This document shows, piece after piece, positions 15,818-23,093 of a DNA stretch of 32,000 nt. The number at the start of each line of letters is the position of its first letter. The stretch's first letter is position 1. Below the pieces are notes generated by a model, which searched no databases, was not told the origin of the DNA, and saw only the letters and a list, made by a program, of their open reading frames with translations. The stretch lies in the NCBI GenBank assembly GCA_963699255.1, contig OY969425.1, forward strand, positions 780,001-812,000. Direction: 5' to 3'. This DNA is from an uncultured bacterium. GTDB taxonomy: Bacteria > Margulisbacteria > WOR-1 > CAVSGV01. Both the position numbers and the translations under genes were made by a program.

Positions 15818-16531
15818 TTGCATATCAAAACCGATAAACTTATAAAATCTTATCACGGAAGGAAAGTCGTCGACGAAGTCTCCATCGAGGTCGAACAGGG
15901 AGAGATAGTCGGCCTTCTGGGACCCAACGGGGCCGGGAAAACAACGACGTTCTACATGGTCGTCGGCCTGGTCCGCCCGAATTCCGGCACCGTCTATCTA
16001 GGCGAAAAAGACATAACAAACATCCCCATGCACTTCAGGGCGCAGAGCGGCATAGGCTACCTGCCCCAGGAACAGTCGGTCTTCAGGAAGCTGACGGTTG
16101 AAGAGAACATCCTTGTCCTCTGGGAGCTGATGCCGCACATGGCGAACAATCAGGACATCGCTTTGATATTTGAGGAGCTTGGGATCTCGCATCTCAAGAA
16201 AAGAAAATGCTACGAGCTCTCCGGCGGCGAGATAAGAAGAGTTGAAATAGCCAGGGCGCTTGCCACGCATCCCTCGTTCTTATTGCTTGACGAGCCGTTC
16301 ACCGGGGTGGACCCGAAGACGGTATTTGACCTCCAGAAGATAATCGTCATGCTGAAAAAGAAAGGCATCGGCATACTGATAACCGATCACAATGTAAGGG
16401 AAACCCTTTCCATAACGGACCGCGCGTACATTATTCACAAGGGCAAGGTACTGATATCGGGTTCAAGCGATCAGATCGCCGGAGACGAGACCGCGAAAAG
16501 GCTCTATCTCGGCGAAGAATTCAAGATGTAA
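15818..16531 (+). CDS. lptB: LPS export ABC transporter ATP-binding protein
   Basis: TTG start preceded by GGAGGAG. It has the Walker A motif GPNGAGKTTTFYM, GIGYLPQE.S.F..LTV.EN, the signature LSGGE.RR.EIARAL and Walker B LLLDEP. The size of 237 aa is typical of LptB. Confidence 0.9.
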   Translation: MHIKTDKLIKSYHGRKVVDEVSIEVEQGEIVGLLGPNGAGKTTTFYMVVGLVRPNSGTVYLGEKDITNIPMHFRAQSGIGYLPQEQSVFRKLTVEENILVLWELMPHMANNQDIALIFEELGISHLKKRKCYELSGGEIRRVEIARALATHPSFLLLDEPFTGVDPKTVFDLQKIIVMLKKKGIGILITDHNVRETLSITDRAYIIHKGKVLISGSSDQIAGDETAKRLYLGEEFKM

Positions 16532-17619
16532 TGATAAAGATCATCGATCGCTATATATTCAAAGAGCTGTTCGATCCTTTTCTTTTCGGGCTCGGGGCCT
16601 TCACCGCGATACTTTCTGCAAGCATGATACTCTTCGACCTTGTACGTGCGGTCGTTGTAAGGGGCATGCCCCTTCTCACGGCCGTTCAGATATTCATATA
16701 CAGGCTGCCGGGGACGGCGGTTTACATATTCCCCATGGCCACGCTTCTCGCGGCGCTGCTCGCGTTCGGCAAGCTCTCCTCGCAGAGTGAGATAATCGCT
16801 TTTAAAGCTGGCGGAATAAGCCTGTACAGAATAATGGTCCCGGTCCTTACCTTCGGTTTTGTGATCAGCCTGGTTACTATGTTGTGTTATGAAGTCATCG
16901 TCCCGCGCGCCAATCTCGCCGCGACCGATCTAATGATGGTAACACAGGTAAGACAATCGCCCAAGATACAAAAGAACGTCCTTATTCCCGAAGTGGAAAA
17001 TGACACCCTAAAAAGGATGTTTTTCGCGGGATCCTTGAGGGGCGATCTGATGGAGAATGTGGTAGTTGAAGAGTTCACGGACGGAAAACTCTCTCAGATC
17101 ATCAATGCCAAAGAAGCAAAATGGGAAAAAGAAAAGAACACGTGGCTTTTCAAGAACGGGATAATCTATCTCTTGAGCGATACGGGAGAATACAAACACC
17201 TCATCAGGTTCAAAGAACAGTACATGACGATCAAATATTCGCCCGCTGATTTTTACATGGGGGACAGAAAGCCCGAAGAAATGAACATGATCGAACTGAA
17301 CAAATACATACAGCTGAAAAAGAAGATGGGTGAAAGCACTCTTGACCTTCAGATCCAGTATTTTCTCAAAGGGGCGATACCCTTCTCCTGCCTTGTGTTC
17401 GTCCTTCTCGGGGCTCCGCTGGGACTGTCCCCGCAGAGAAGTTCTTCTTCGATCGGGCTTGGGCTTTCTGTTCTGATCGTCGTCTTCTATTACTTCATTA
17501 CATTCGCCGCAATGGCCGTAGGCGAGCTGGGTTTAATACCGCCGATAGCCGCAGCCTGGCTTCCGAACATCATCACGGGAGGCATAGGAGCGTATATCCT
17601 GAACAAATCGGCTCAGTGA
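16531..17619 (+). CDS. LptF/LptG family permease (YjgP/YjgQ)
   Basis: 362 aa with the IIDRYIFKELF... N-terminus, six hydrophobic segments and a central periplasmic beta-jellyroll-like region. It is translationally coupled to lptB through the overlap ATGTAATG. Confidence 0.85.
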   Translation: MIKIIDRYIFKELFDPFLFGLGAFTAILSASMILFDLVRAVVVRGMPLLTAVQIFIYRLPGTAVYIFPMATLLAALLAFGKLSSQSEIIAFKAGGISLYRIMVPVLTFGFVISLVTMLCYEVIVPRANLAATDLMMVTQVRQSPKIQKNVLIPEVENDTLKRMFFAGSLRGDLMENVVVEEFTDGKLSQIINAKEAKWEKEKNTWLFKNGIIYLLSDTGEYKHLIRFKEQYMTIKYSPADFYMGDRKPEEMNMIELNKYIQLKKKMGESTLDLQIQYFLKGAIPFSCLVFVLLGAPLGLSPQRSSSSIGLGLSVLIVVFYYFITFAAMAVGELGLIPPIAAAWLPNIITGGIGAYILNKSAQ

Positions 17620-17642
17620 ACATAGATATATCCAAGAAGCAC
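17613..17642 (-). repeat. Displaced relic of an lnt 3' end (direct repeat of 18590-18619)
   Basis: The minus strand reads GTG CTT CTT GGA TAT ATC TAT GTT CAC TGA (VLLGYIYVH*). The real lnt end reads GTG CTT CTT GGA AGG ATA TAC GTT CAC TAG (VLLGRIYVH*). The two share 23/30 nt, are ungapped and are in the same frame. Confidence 0.7.
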
Positions 17643-17674
17643 GCAAGTTCGCTCTGATATCCTAGTATCTCGGA

Positions 17675-18415
17675 TCAATACCCAAAATCGATCCCAAATC
17701 CTAATGTAAAAGGCGTCCTTCCTGTCTTCGATGAAAATGAAGCGATGACCGTTGGAAATCCTAATTCAAAATATAAATTGATATAAATGTCCTTCTTTTT
17801 CTCAATGGTGCCGCAATAAGCCCTCTTCTTCTTTATCTTTAATACCTGGACATTTGTTCCAACTGACAAATTAACATCTATAAGACCACGCACTGTATCT
17901 GCTCCCTTTTGATCGGACAGATAGTTGGAAGTAGTAGTATAAATAAAATCAGGCCCTGCTTTCACGTACGGAGACACTCTCATGATCCCGGGTGAGAAAC
18001 CCGCGATAACATAAGGGCTGAACCAGCAAGCGAACCTGGTGTAAGGATATCCTTTTGAGGTCTCTGCGGCTGGCCCGGAAGCAGCGTTCCCGGATCGATC
18101 AGGCTGCGCGAAATTCACAACGGTCCACTCGCCCCCAAATCCAACATTATCATTAATCGCTCTTGTTGCCTGTGCGCCATAACCGTACCCCGTCAAAGTA
18201 TAAGGACTGATCACTCCAAAATTATTCAGAATAATTCCATTCATTTTGAAATCGAGCCTGGATGGGATTGCCTGGTCGGGCGGCACAGGCCTCTCAAACT
18301 CTGGCGGCTCGGTTAGCCTCTTGGTTTTGTCTTTCCCTTTTTTGTCATGCCCCTTAACATAAAACATTGAGAAAATAGAACCTGAACTATTATTCATTGA
18401 GATTGGGTCGCTCAT
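17675..18415 (-). CDS. Hypothetical protein, outer-membrane beta-barrel-like C-terminal region (246 aa)
   Basis: AAGGAG lies 6 nt upstream of the ATG. The C-terminal ~190 aa are Gly/aromatic-rich with an alternating pattern and end in FTLGFGIDFGY, an OMP-type terminal aromatic. The N-terminal ~55 aa are charged and Pro-rich with no signal peptide. Confidence 0.55.
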   Translation of the reverse strand: MSDPISMNNSSGSIFSMFYVKGHDKKGKDKTKRLTEPPEFERPVPPDQAIPSRLDFKMNGIILNNFGVISPYTLTGYGYGAQATRAINDNVGFGGEWTVVNFAQPDRSGNAASGPAAETSKGYPYTRFACWFSPYVIAGFSPGIMRVSPYVKAGPDFIYTTTSNYLSDQKGADTVRGLIDVNLSVGTNVQVLKIKKKRAYCGTIEKKKDIYINLYFELGFPTVIASFSSKTGRTPFTLGFGIDFGY

Positions 18416-18466
18416 TTATTCTCCTTTTTCATTCCTGTTTCTTGGGCCGATCCTGCATTTATATCG

Positions 18467-18497
18467 ATTATATTCTGCGGAGATTTCACTCTATCAA
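18467..18497 (-). promoter_or_regulatory. Possible promoter of the 246-aa ORF
   Basis: On the minus strand: TTGATA (18492-18497), 19 nt spacer, TATAAT (18467-18472). The spacer is longer than optimal. Confidence 0.3.
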
Positions 18498-18526
18498 GAA
18501 CATTATTAGGGGAATATAAGGATGAG

Positions 18527-18571
18527 AAGAATCCCCTCCCGCTTCGCTCGTACCCCCTTTATTAAAGGGGG
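18527..18571. repeat. GAGCGAAGCG-type element plus an 8-bp hairpin downstream of lnt
   Basis: The minus strand of 18527-18556 reads GGGTACGAGCGAAGCGGGAGGGGATTCTTC, which shares the GAGCGAA(A)GCG core with the element at 15737-15799. CCCCCTTT-ATT-AAAGGGGG (18553-18571) is a perfect 8-bp stem with a 3-nt loop. Confidence 0.5.
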
Positions 18572-18589
18572 ATGGGGGGATGGGCACGC

Positions 18590-19960
18590 CTAGTGAACGT
18601 ATATCCTTCCAAGAAGCACGCTGGCCTGCTCAACATTTGATCTTTTAACTACCCTTCCCAGCGGATCGATTATCGCGGATATCCCCGTGTTCGCGGCCTG
18701 AACAACGTACACGCCGTTCTCGACGGCGCGCATCTGCGACGCCTGGATATGCTGATAGAGCGCGGCCGAATCAAAGAACCAGGCATCGTTGGTGGCCACC
18801 AGAATGAACCGGGCTCCCTTTTTCACCTGATCCCTGACCAGATACGGAAAAGTGGATTCGAAACATATAGCGACCCCTGCCTTGACCGCACCCAGGTCTA
18901 TCAGCTGTGGCTTGGGGTTGGAGTTATAATCCTGCGCGAAGAGCTTATCCTCCCCCAGCAGACGATAGGAGATGGGCCTCAGCGGAAGGTATTCTCCAAA
19001 AGGAACAAGCCTTTGTTTGTCGTACCTGCCGATCAGCTGTCCGCTTTTTGAAAATGCCACGACCGAATTGTATATTTTATCTCTTTCCCTGTAAGGAGTG
19101 CCGATCATGAAGAACGCGCTGCCACCGGCGATCAGCTTTTCTATCTTTGAATGTATGGCATTCTCCTCGAAGAGGTAGGTTGTAACGGCGGTCTCCGGCC
19201 AAATGACGATGTCCGGCTTCGACAGCAGGGCTTTTCTGCTGAGCTTTTCCTGGACGCTGACGATATCGAGAGCGTTCCTGTAATCAAGCTTTGTGTCCTG
19301 GGAAATATTCGCCTGGATAATGGCAACACTGACCGACTTCCCGGATACCTTGAAGGCATGAATCCTGTAATATCCAAACCCTGCGGCTACGGCCAATATC
19401 AAGGCCGCAAAGCAAATATTCCTGAGCTTTCCGGCTAGAATATCCTCGGCCACGGCTTCATTGAACAATACGATCAGGAAAGTTATCCCATAAACCCCTG
19501 CAACGCTCGCCAGCTGCAGAACGGGAAGGAAACCTGCCTGGGAATATCCCAGCCCGCCACCCGTCACTCCGTAAGGCCCAAGCGACCTTAACCATTCAAT
19601 TGCCGTCCAGATAAAAGGTATAAGAAGAATATTGAACTTCGTCAGTCTGGTCGAAAAATACTTCGTTATCCCGGCAAACGCGGCCACAAAAAGAGCCTGG
19701 AAAACCGCCAACATTATCCACGCAAATACCGCCCACGCGCCCGCCCACTTTGACAGGGTTACCATCCAGAAAAGAACTCCCCCAAAAAATATGACGCCGC
19801 TCATCGCTCCGCACATGACAGCTTCCGATTCCGATCTTGCCCTTTTTATCGAAACAAGAAGCGGTACGAGCGCGACGTAAGCAAGCGGAAAAAGGTTGAA
19901 CTTGGGGAACGACAAGGTCAGCAGCAAACCGGAAATAATAGCCGGAATAAAATTCATCAT
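18590..19960 (-). CDS. lnt: Apolipoprotein N-acyltransferase
   Basis: There are multiple N-terminal TM segments and a C-terminal nitrilase-like domain with WPE, K and the catalytic Cys in VAICFESTFP. The track start is 19978. The ATG at 19958-19960 forms an ATGA overlap with the upstream lipoprotein stop, so I prefer it. Confidence 0.9.
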   Translation of the reverse strand: MMNFIPAIISGLLLTLSFPKFNLFPLAYVALVPLLVSIKRARSESEAVMCGAMSGVIFFGGVLFWMVTLSKWAGAWAVFAWIMLAVFQALFVAAFAGITKYFSTRLTKFNILLIPFIWTAIEWLRSLGPYGVTGGGLGYSQAGFLPVLQLASVAGVYGITFLIVLFNEAVAEDILAGKLRNICFAALILAVAAGFGYYRIHAFKVSGKSVSVAIIQANISQDTKLDYRNALDIVSVQEKLSRKALLSKPDIVIWPETAVTTYLFEENAIHSKIEKLIAGGSAFFMIGTPYRERDKIYNSVVAFSKSGQLIGRYDKQRLVPFGEYLPLRPISYRLLGEDKLFAQDYNSNPKPQLIDLGAVKAGVAICFESTFPYLVRDQVKKGARFILVATNDAWFFDSAALYQHIQASQMRAVENGVYVVQAANTGISAIIDPLGRVVKRSNVEQASVLLGRIYVH

Positions 19961-20673
19961 TGCACCATGACCTTCCAATTCAGTATATCCGCGCTTGGAC
20001 TTATCCCCGTATCCACTTCATCGCTTCCTGATACAGTGGTACCCGATATCGTGTACACATAAGAAGTCGAAGGAGAACTGTTCATGGGGGACAGGTTATC
20101 TTCAACTAATTTCGTTCCTTTGTCAACAGTGACAAAATCAAAATTCAATCTCTCCGTAAGGGTCCCCAGCTTGCTCATGTTAATAGTAAGAAGTATTTGG
20201 TTTGGATCAGCTCCGCTCCAGGTGGCTATGACCTCTTTAGTTGGTGTCGCCTCGGAAGTGAAAGATCCTTTTACGAACGAGAACGCGTTTCCGTCAAGCA
20301 CTACATAGCTCTTCCATGTCGGATAATACTGGCCGTAATAGTCCACGTCGGGCTGCGCCGGAGTATCTCCAGGCTCAACGAACTGGGTCGGCATGAAAGG
20401 AAGGATGGGCGCAGAATCGTTATTGAACAATATATAATATTTATTGAGAGAGGTATCGATATTGCTCCTGAAGTCGATCTCTATCGTTATGTGCTTTCCG
20501 GGCGGAAAAACCGGCGTGACGACCTTCGCGCAACCGCAAAGCGCGGTTACAATTACCAATGACCAAATTCCAATAACCAAACAATTAACAAATTTCAATG
20601 CCCAATGATCAGGTTTTGAATTTAGAATCTGCTTATTGCTTGGAACTTGGTTATTGGTTATTGGTAATTTCAT
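19957..20673 (-). CDS. Putative lipoprotein (238 aa), function unknown
   Basis: It has a hydrophobic segment plus a lipobox-like LVIVTALCGC-AKV. The start ATG overlaps the lptD-like stop (TGATG) and the stop overlaps the lnt start (ATGA). The N-terminal ~40 codons are encoded by a palindromic element. Confidence 0.65.
   Translation of the reverse strand: MKLPITNNQVPSNKQILNSKPDHWALKFVNCLVIGIWSLVIVTALCGCAKVVTPVFPPGKHITIEIDFRSNIDTSLNKYYILFNNDSAPILPFMPTQFVEPGDTPAQPDVDYYGQYYPTWKSYVVLDGNAFSFVKGSFTSEATPTKEVIATWSGADPNQILLTINMSKLGTLTERLNFDFVTVDKGTKLVEDNLSPMNSSPSTSYVYTISGTTVSGSDEVDTGISPSADILNWKVMVQ
20551..20669. repeat. 119-bp MITE-like imperfect palindrome inside the 5' end of the lipoprotein gene
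   Basis: It has perfect 10-bp termini, AATTACCAAT (20551-20560) and ATTGGTAATT (20660-20669), with 12/18 matches in the next 18 nt of the arms. It shares the 10-mer CAAATTCCAA (20564-20573) with the glyQ-glyS palindrome (10388-10397). Confidence 0.6.
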
Positions 20674-23009
20674 CAGTACCTCGCCGGCGACGCCTGCTCA
20701 AAATTCATGTTATCCATGAAGCTGTTGAAATAATTCCCGTTCTCGCTGGATACATATGAGATCGGGAATTGCGGGAAAGCCTTAAGCGTCATCCCGAACC
20801 TGAACTCCTTCATGTAATCATTATAAGTGAAAACCGCCTCCCAGCAATGGAGATCCTTGACTATAGCAAGGTCCCTGAGCATATACGTGCCCGTTGTGAC
20901 ATCGTACGTATGCCCCATCTTGAAATGCCAGCTGTTCTCCCACGTATCGCCTATCTCCAGGTCCACCAGGCTGTTCGCGGAAAGCAGCTGCCCGCTGTTA
21001 ATGTCATAAACAACGCTGGCGGTATTGATGAACTTCGGGAACGGCGTGACGGTAACGGAAGTCTCCAGGTCCCTGTATCTCAGCTGCTCAACGCTCCAGC
21101 CGCCGGTCATCCTGAACGACAGCTGTTCATTCGGAGTTATCAGGAGATCGGAAACAATGTCGTTGTACGTGCTGTTCTGATAATTATATCCCGCGGAAAC
21201 ATCGAACGTCAGCTTGCTCAGGTAATAAAGGGTCACTTTATCCGATATGTAATTATACTCGCTTCCGAGGCTCTCGAAAAAGAACGGCGTGTTGCCGTCC
21301 ACTCTCGCCCTGCCCCAGTCCGTGTTGTTCCTGAAAAATCCCCACTGATCCGTTTGCATGTTCAATGATTCCTTATACTGGTATCTCTGGTCGCCTGTAT
21401 CATAAGCATATTGATCAAGGCCCAATCCGGACCTCAACATGGTACCGAAACCCAGATTATCGGTCCTTGAGAGGCCCGCTCCCATAGAATACTCGTTCGC
21501 CGTCATGTTCCTCATCTTCGCATAGTCCGAAATATATTTCGCCTCGTGGTATCTTGCGGCGCCGAGGCTCAGGTTCAGGTTGAAATATCTCAGGTCGACC
21601 GGATTGAAAGCTATCGCCATTTCCGGGAGTTTCTCCAGGTATTCATAGTTATTGTCGCCTTTGTACCGGTTGCCGTCCATATCAACATACCAGTTCTCGG
21701 TGAGCCTGAACGAATAGAACGAACCCTTGTAAGTGAGATCTATCCTCGGTTCGAGTTTCTCATCAGCCGCGTACCCCTCATCGGTCAGATAACTTGAGTA
21801 ATTCACGTTCACGGACAACTTCGCGTCATCTGTGAACAGGGACTGCTCGTGAAAGAACCTGTCATGAGAATTTTTCCATTCCGGGCCGGTAAGGCTCTGG
21901 CTCTCATCCCAGGAAAACCCGGTGTTATAGCTTCCGGACCTGTTGCTTATGTTGAACGCCTGGGAATTCTGGTAAGTGTACATGTTATCCGAGGCGCTGT
22001 AATTCAGGTTCATCTGGTGAGGGCCCGTGTTCAAGGTGTAATTCACCGATGAATCCGTGTCATATTTTCTGCCCGAGGGCACCTGATAGATGGACGCGGA
22101 GTCATGAGAAAGCGTCAGCTTGGAATATTGGTCAAGATCGATCGTGTGGTTCAGCTTAAAAACATAATCGTTCAGCCCGGTATCCCTCTCGTCCATCCTG
22201 TAATAATACAGGCTTCCGGAATTTTGGTCGTTAAGCTTATAGTCGTGCAAAATACCGTACCCGGGGCCCTTGATCTCGGTTGTATCGACATAGATGATAC
22301 CGTTCGCGCTGTTATTTACGAAATAATCAAAGGAGGTCTTCAGGAATTTGCCCTCGACATCATTCTCTCCGTAAATAAAATTATAAGGGCTCCGTTTTGT
22401 CTTGAAGTTGTATACATAATAGGGCGACATGAATGGCGTGGGAACACCAAGAACATACATAATGACCCAGTATCCAACAAGTTTGTCGTCCGGATAATAA
22501 TCGAACCATCTGGCTTTTATGTAATAATGAGGCGGGTCATAATCGCATGTGGAGAGCGCGCCATTTTCCCCCATTTTCACTTCCGGCAGGTCGGTCAGTT
22601 TATCCGCGGAAACGTAAAGGTTCGTCTTTACATCTGTGGGATAAAACACTGTCTTGAGGTTGAAGACGACCGCGGTCTCGCCGGAAATGTCATAAGTGAT
22701 CATCCCGGAGGAAATATCATATTCCGGACGCTTTATCTTGACGCGGCCTTCCGCCGTAGCGACGTTCGCATTCACGTCGATCCTGGCGGAATCGGACTCG
22801 ATAGTTATGCCTTCAAATAAGATCTCCACGCTGCCTGACGCGGTTATGATCCCCGCCTCCTGGTTGAACTTCAGGTTGTCCGCAGCCACCCTGACGGGAA
22901 TATCTTCGCAGAAGGTAAAATTTATTAAAATCGCAAAGGAAACAAATATGAATGAAATAAAAGTTTGACGGAACCTGCGACTAAAGTCGCGGTTCCGATA
23001 AGAAGGCAT
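20673..23009 (-). CDS. lptD: LptD/OstA-like LPS-assembly outer membrane protein
   Basis: An OstA-N-like region (VRVAADNLKFNQEAGIITASGSVEI...ARIDVNANVATAEGRVKI) is followed by ~650 aa of Tyr/Asn/Ser/Gly-rich barrel-like sequence. The track start GTG 23090 would bury the signal sequence. The ATG at 23007-23009 gives MPSYRNRDFSRRFRQTFISFIFVSFAILINFTF, a proper signal peptide. Confidence 0.75.
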   Translation of the reverse strand: MPSYRNRDFSRRFRQTFISFIFVSFAILINFTFCEDIPVRVAADNLKFNQEAGIITASGSVEILFEGITIESDSARIDVNANVATAEGRVKIKRPEYDISSGMITYDISGETAVVFNLKTVFYPTDVKTNLYVSADKLTDLPEVKMGENGALSTCDYDPPHYYIKARWFDYYPDDKLVGYWVIMYVLGVPTPFMSPYYVYNFKTKRSPYNFIYGENDVEGKFLKTSFDYFVNNSANGIIYVDTTEIKGPGYGILHDYKLNDQNSGSLYYYRMDERDTGLNDYVFKLNHTIDLDQYSKLTLSHDSASIYQVPSGRKYDTDSSVNYTLNTGPHQMNLNYSASDNMYTYQNSQAFNISNRSGSYNTGFSWDESQSLTGPEWKNSHDRFFHEQSLFTDDAKLSVNVNYSSYLTDEGYAADEKLEPRIDLTYKGSFYSFRLTENWYVDMDGNRYKGDNNYEYLEKLPEMAIAFNPVDLRYFNLNLSLGAARYHEAKYISDYAKMRNMTANEYSMGAGLSRTDNLGFGTMLRSGLGLDQYAYDTGDQRYQYKESLNMQTDQWGFFRNNTDWGRARVDGNTPFFFESLGSEYNYISDKVTLYYLSKLTFDVSAGYNYQNSTYNDIVSDLLITPNEQLSFRMTGGWSVEQLRYRDLETSVTVTPFPKFINTASVVYDINSGQLLSANSLVDLEIGDTWENSWHFKMGHTYDVTTGTYMLRDLAIVKDLHCWEAVFTYNDYMKEFRFGMTLKAFPQFPISYVSSENGNYFNSFMDNMNFEQASPARY

Positions 23010-23062
23010 ATGTAAAATTAATTCTACATGGGCGGGAAAGGGAACCGCGAATTCATTCGCGG
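22970..23062. repeat. Pair of hairpins sharing GGAACCGCGA, flanking the lptD-like start codon
   Basis: Hairpin 1 is GGAACC(T)GCGAC-TAAA-GTCGCGGTTCC (22970-22996), 11 bp with one bulge. Hairpin 2 is CCGCGAA-TTCA-TTCGCGG (23045-23062). TCGCGGTTCC (22987-22996) and GGAACCGCGA (23041-23050) form a 10-bp inverted repeat spanning ATG 23007-23009. Confidence 0.6.
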
Positions 23063-23093
23063 GATTAAAAGCGGTGCTTTCTGTCTCCACAGC

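Noticed and set aside
18553-18571. CCCCCTTT-ATT-AAAGGGGG hairpin as the intrinsic terminator of lnt
   Set aside because: The stem is perfect, but no U-tract follows it on the minus (transcribed) strand, so I do not call it a classical Rho-independent terminator. It is reported only as a repeat/hairpin element.
20769-22820. 199-aa and 238-aa plus-strand ORFs antisense to the lptD-like gene. Similar cases are 8962-9657 in glyS, 6225-6758 in proS and 30500-31135 in rel.
   Set aside because: Each lies opposite a confidently identified gene. They are shadow ORFs with no independent start signals or family resemblance.
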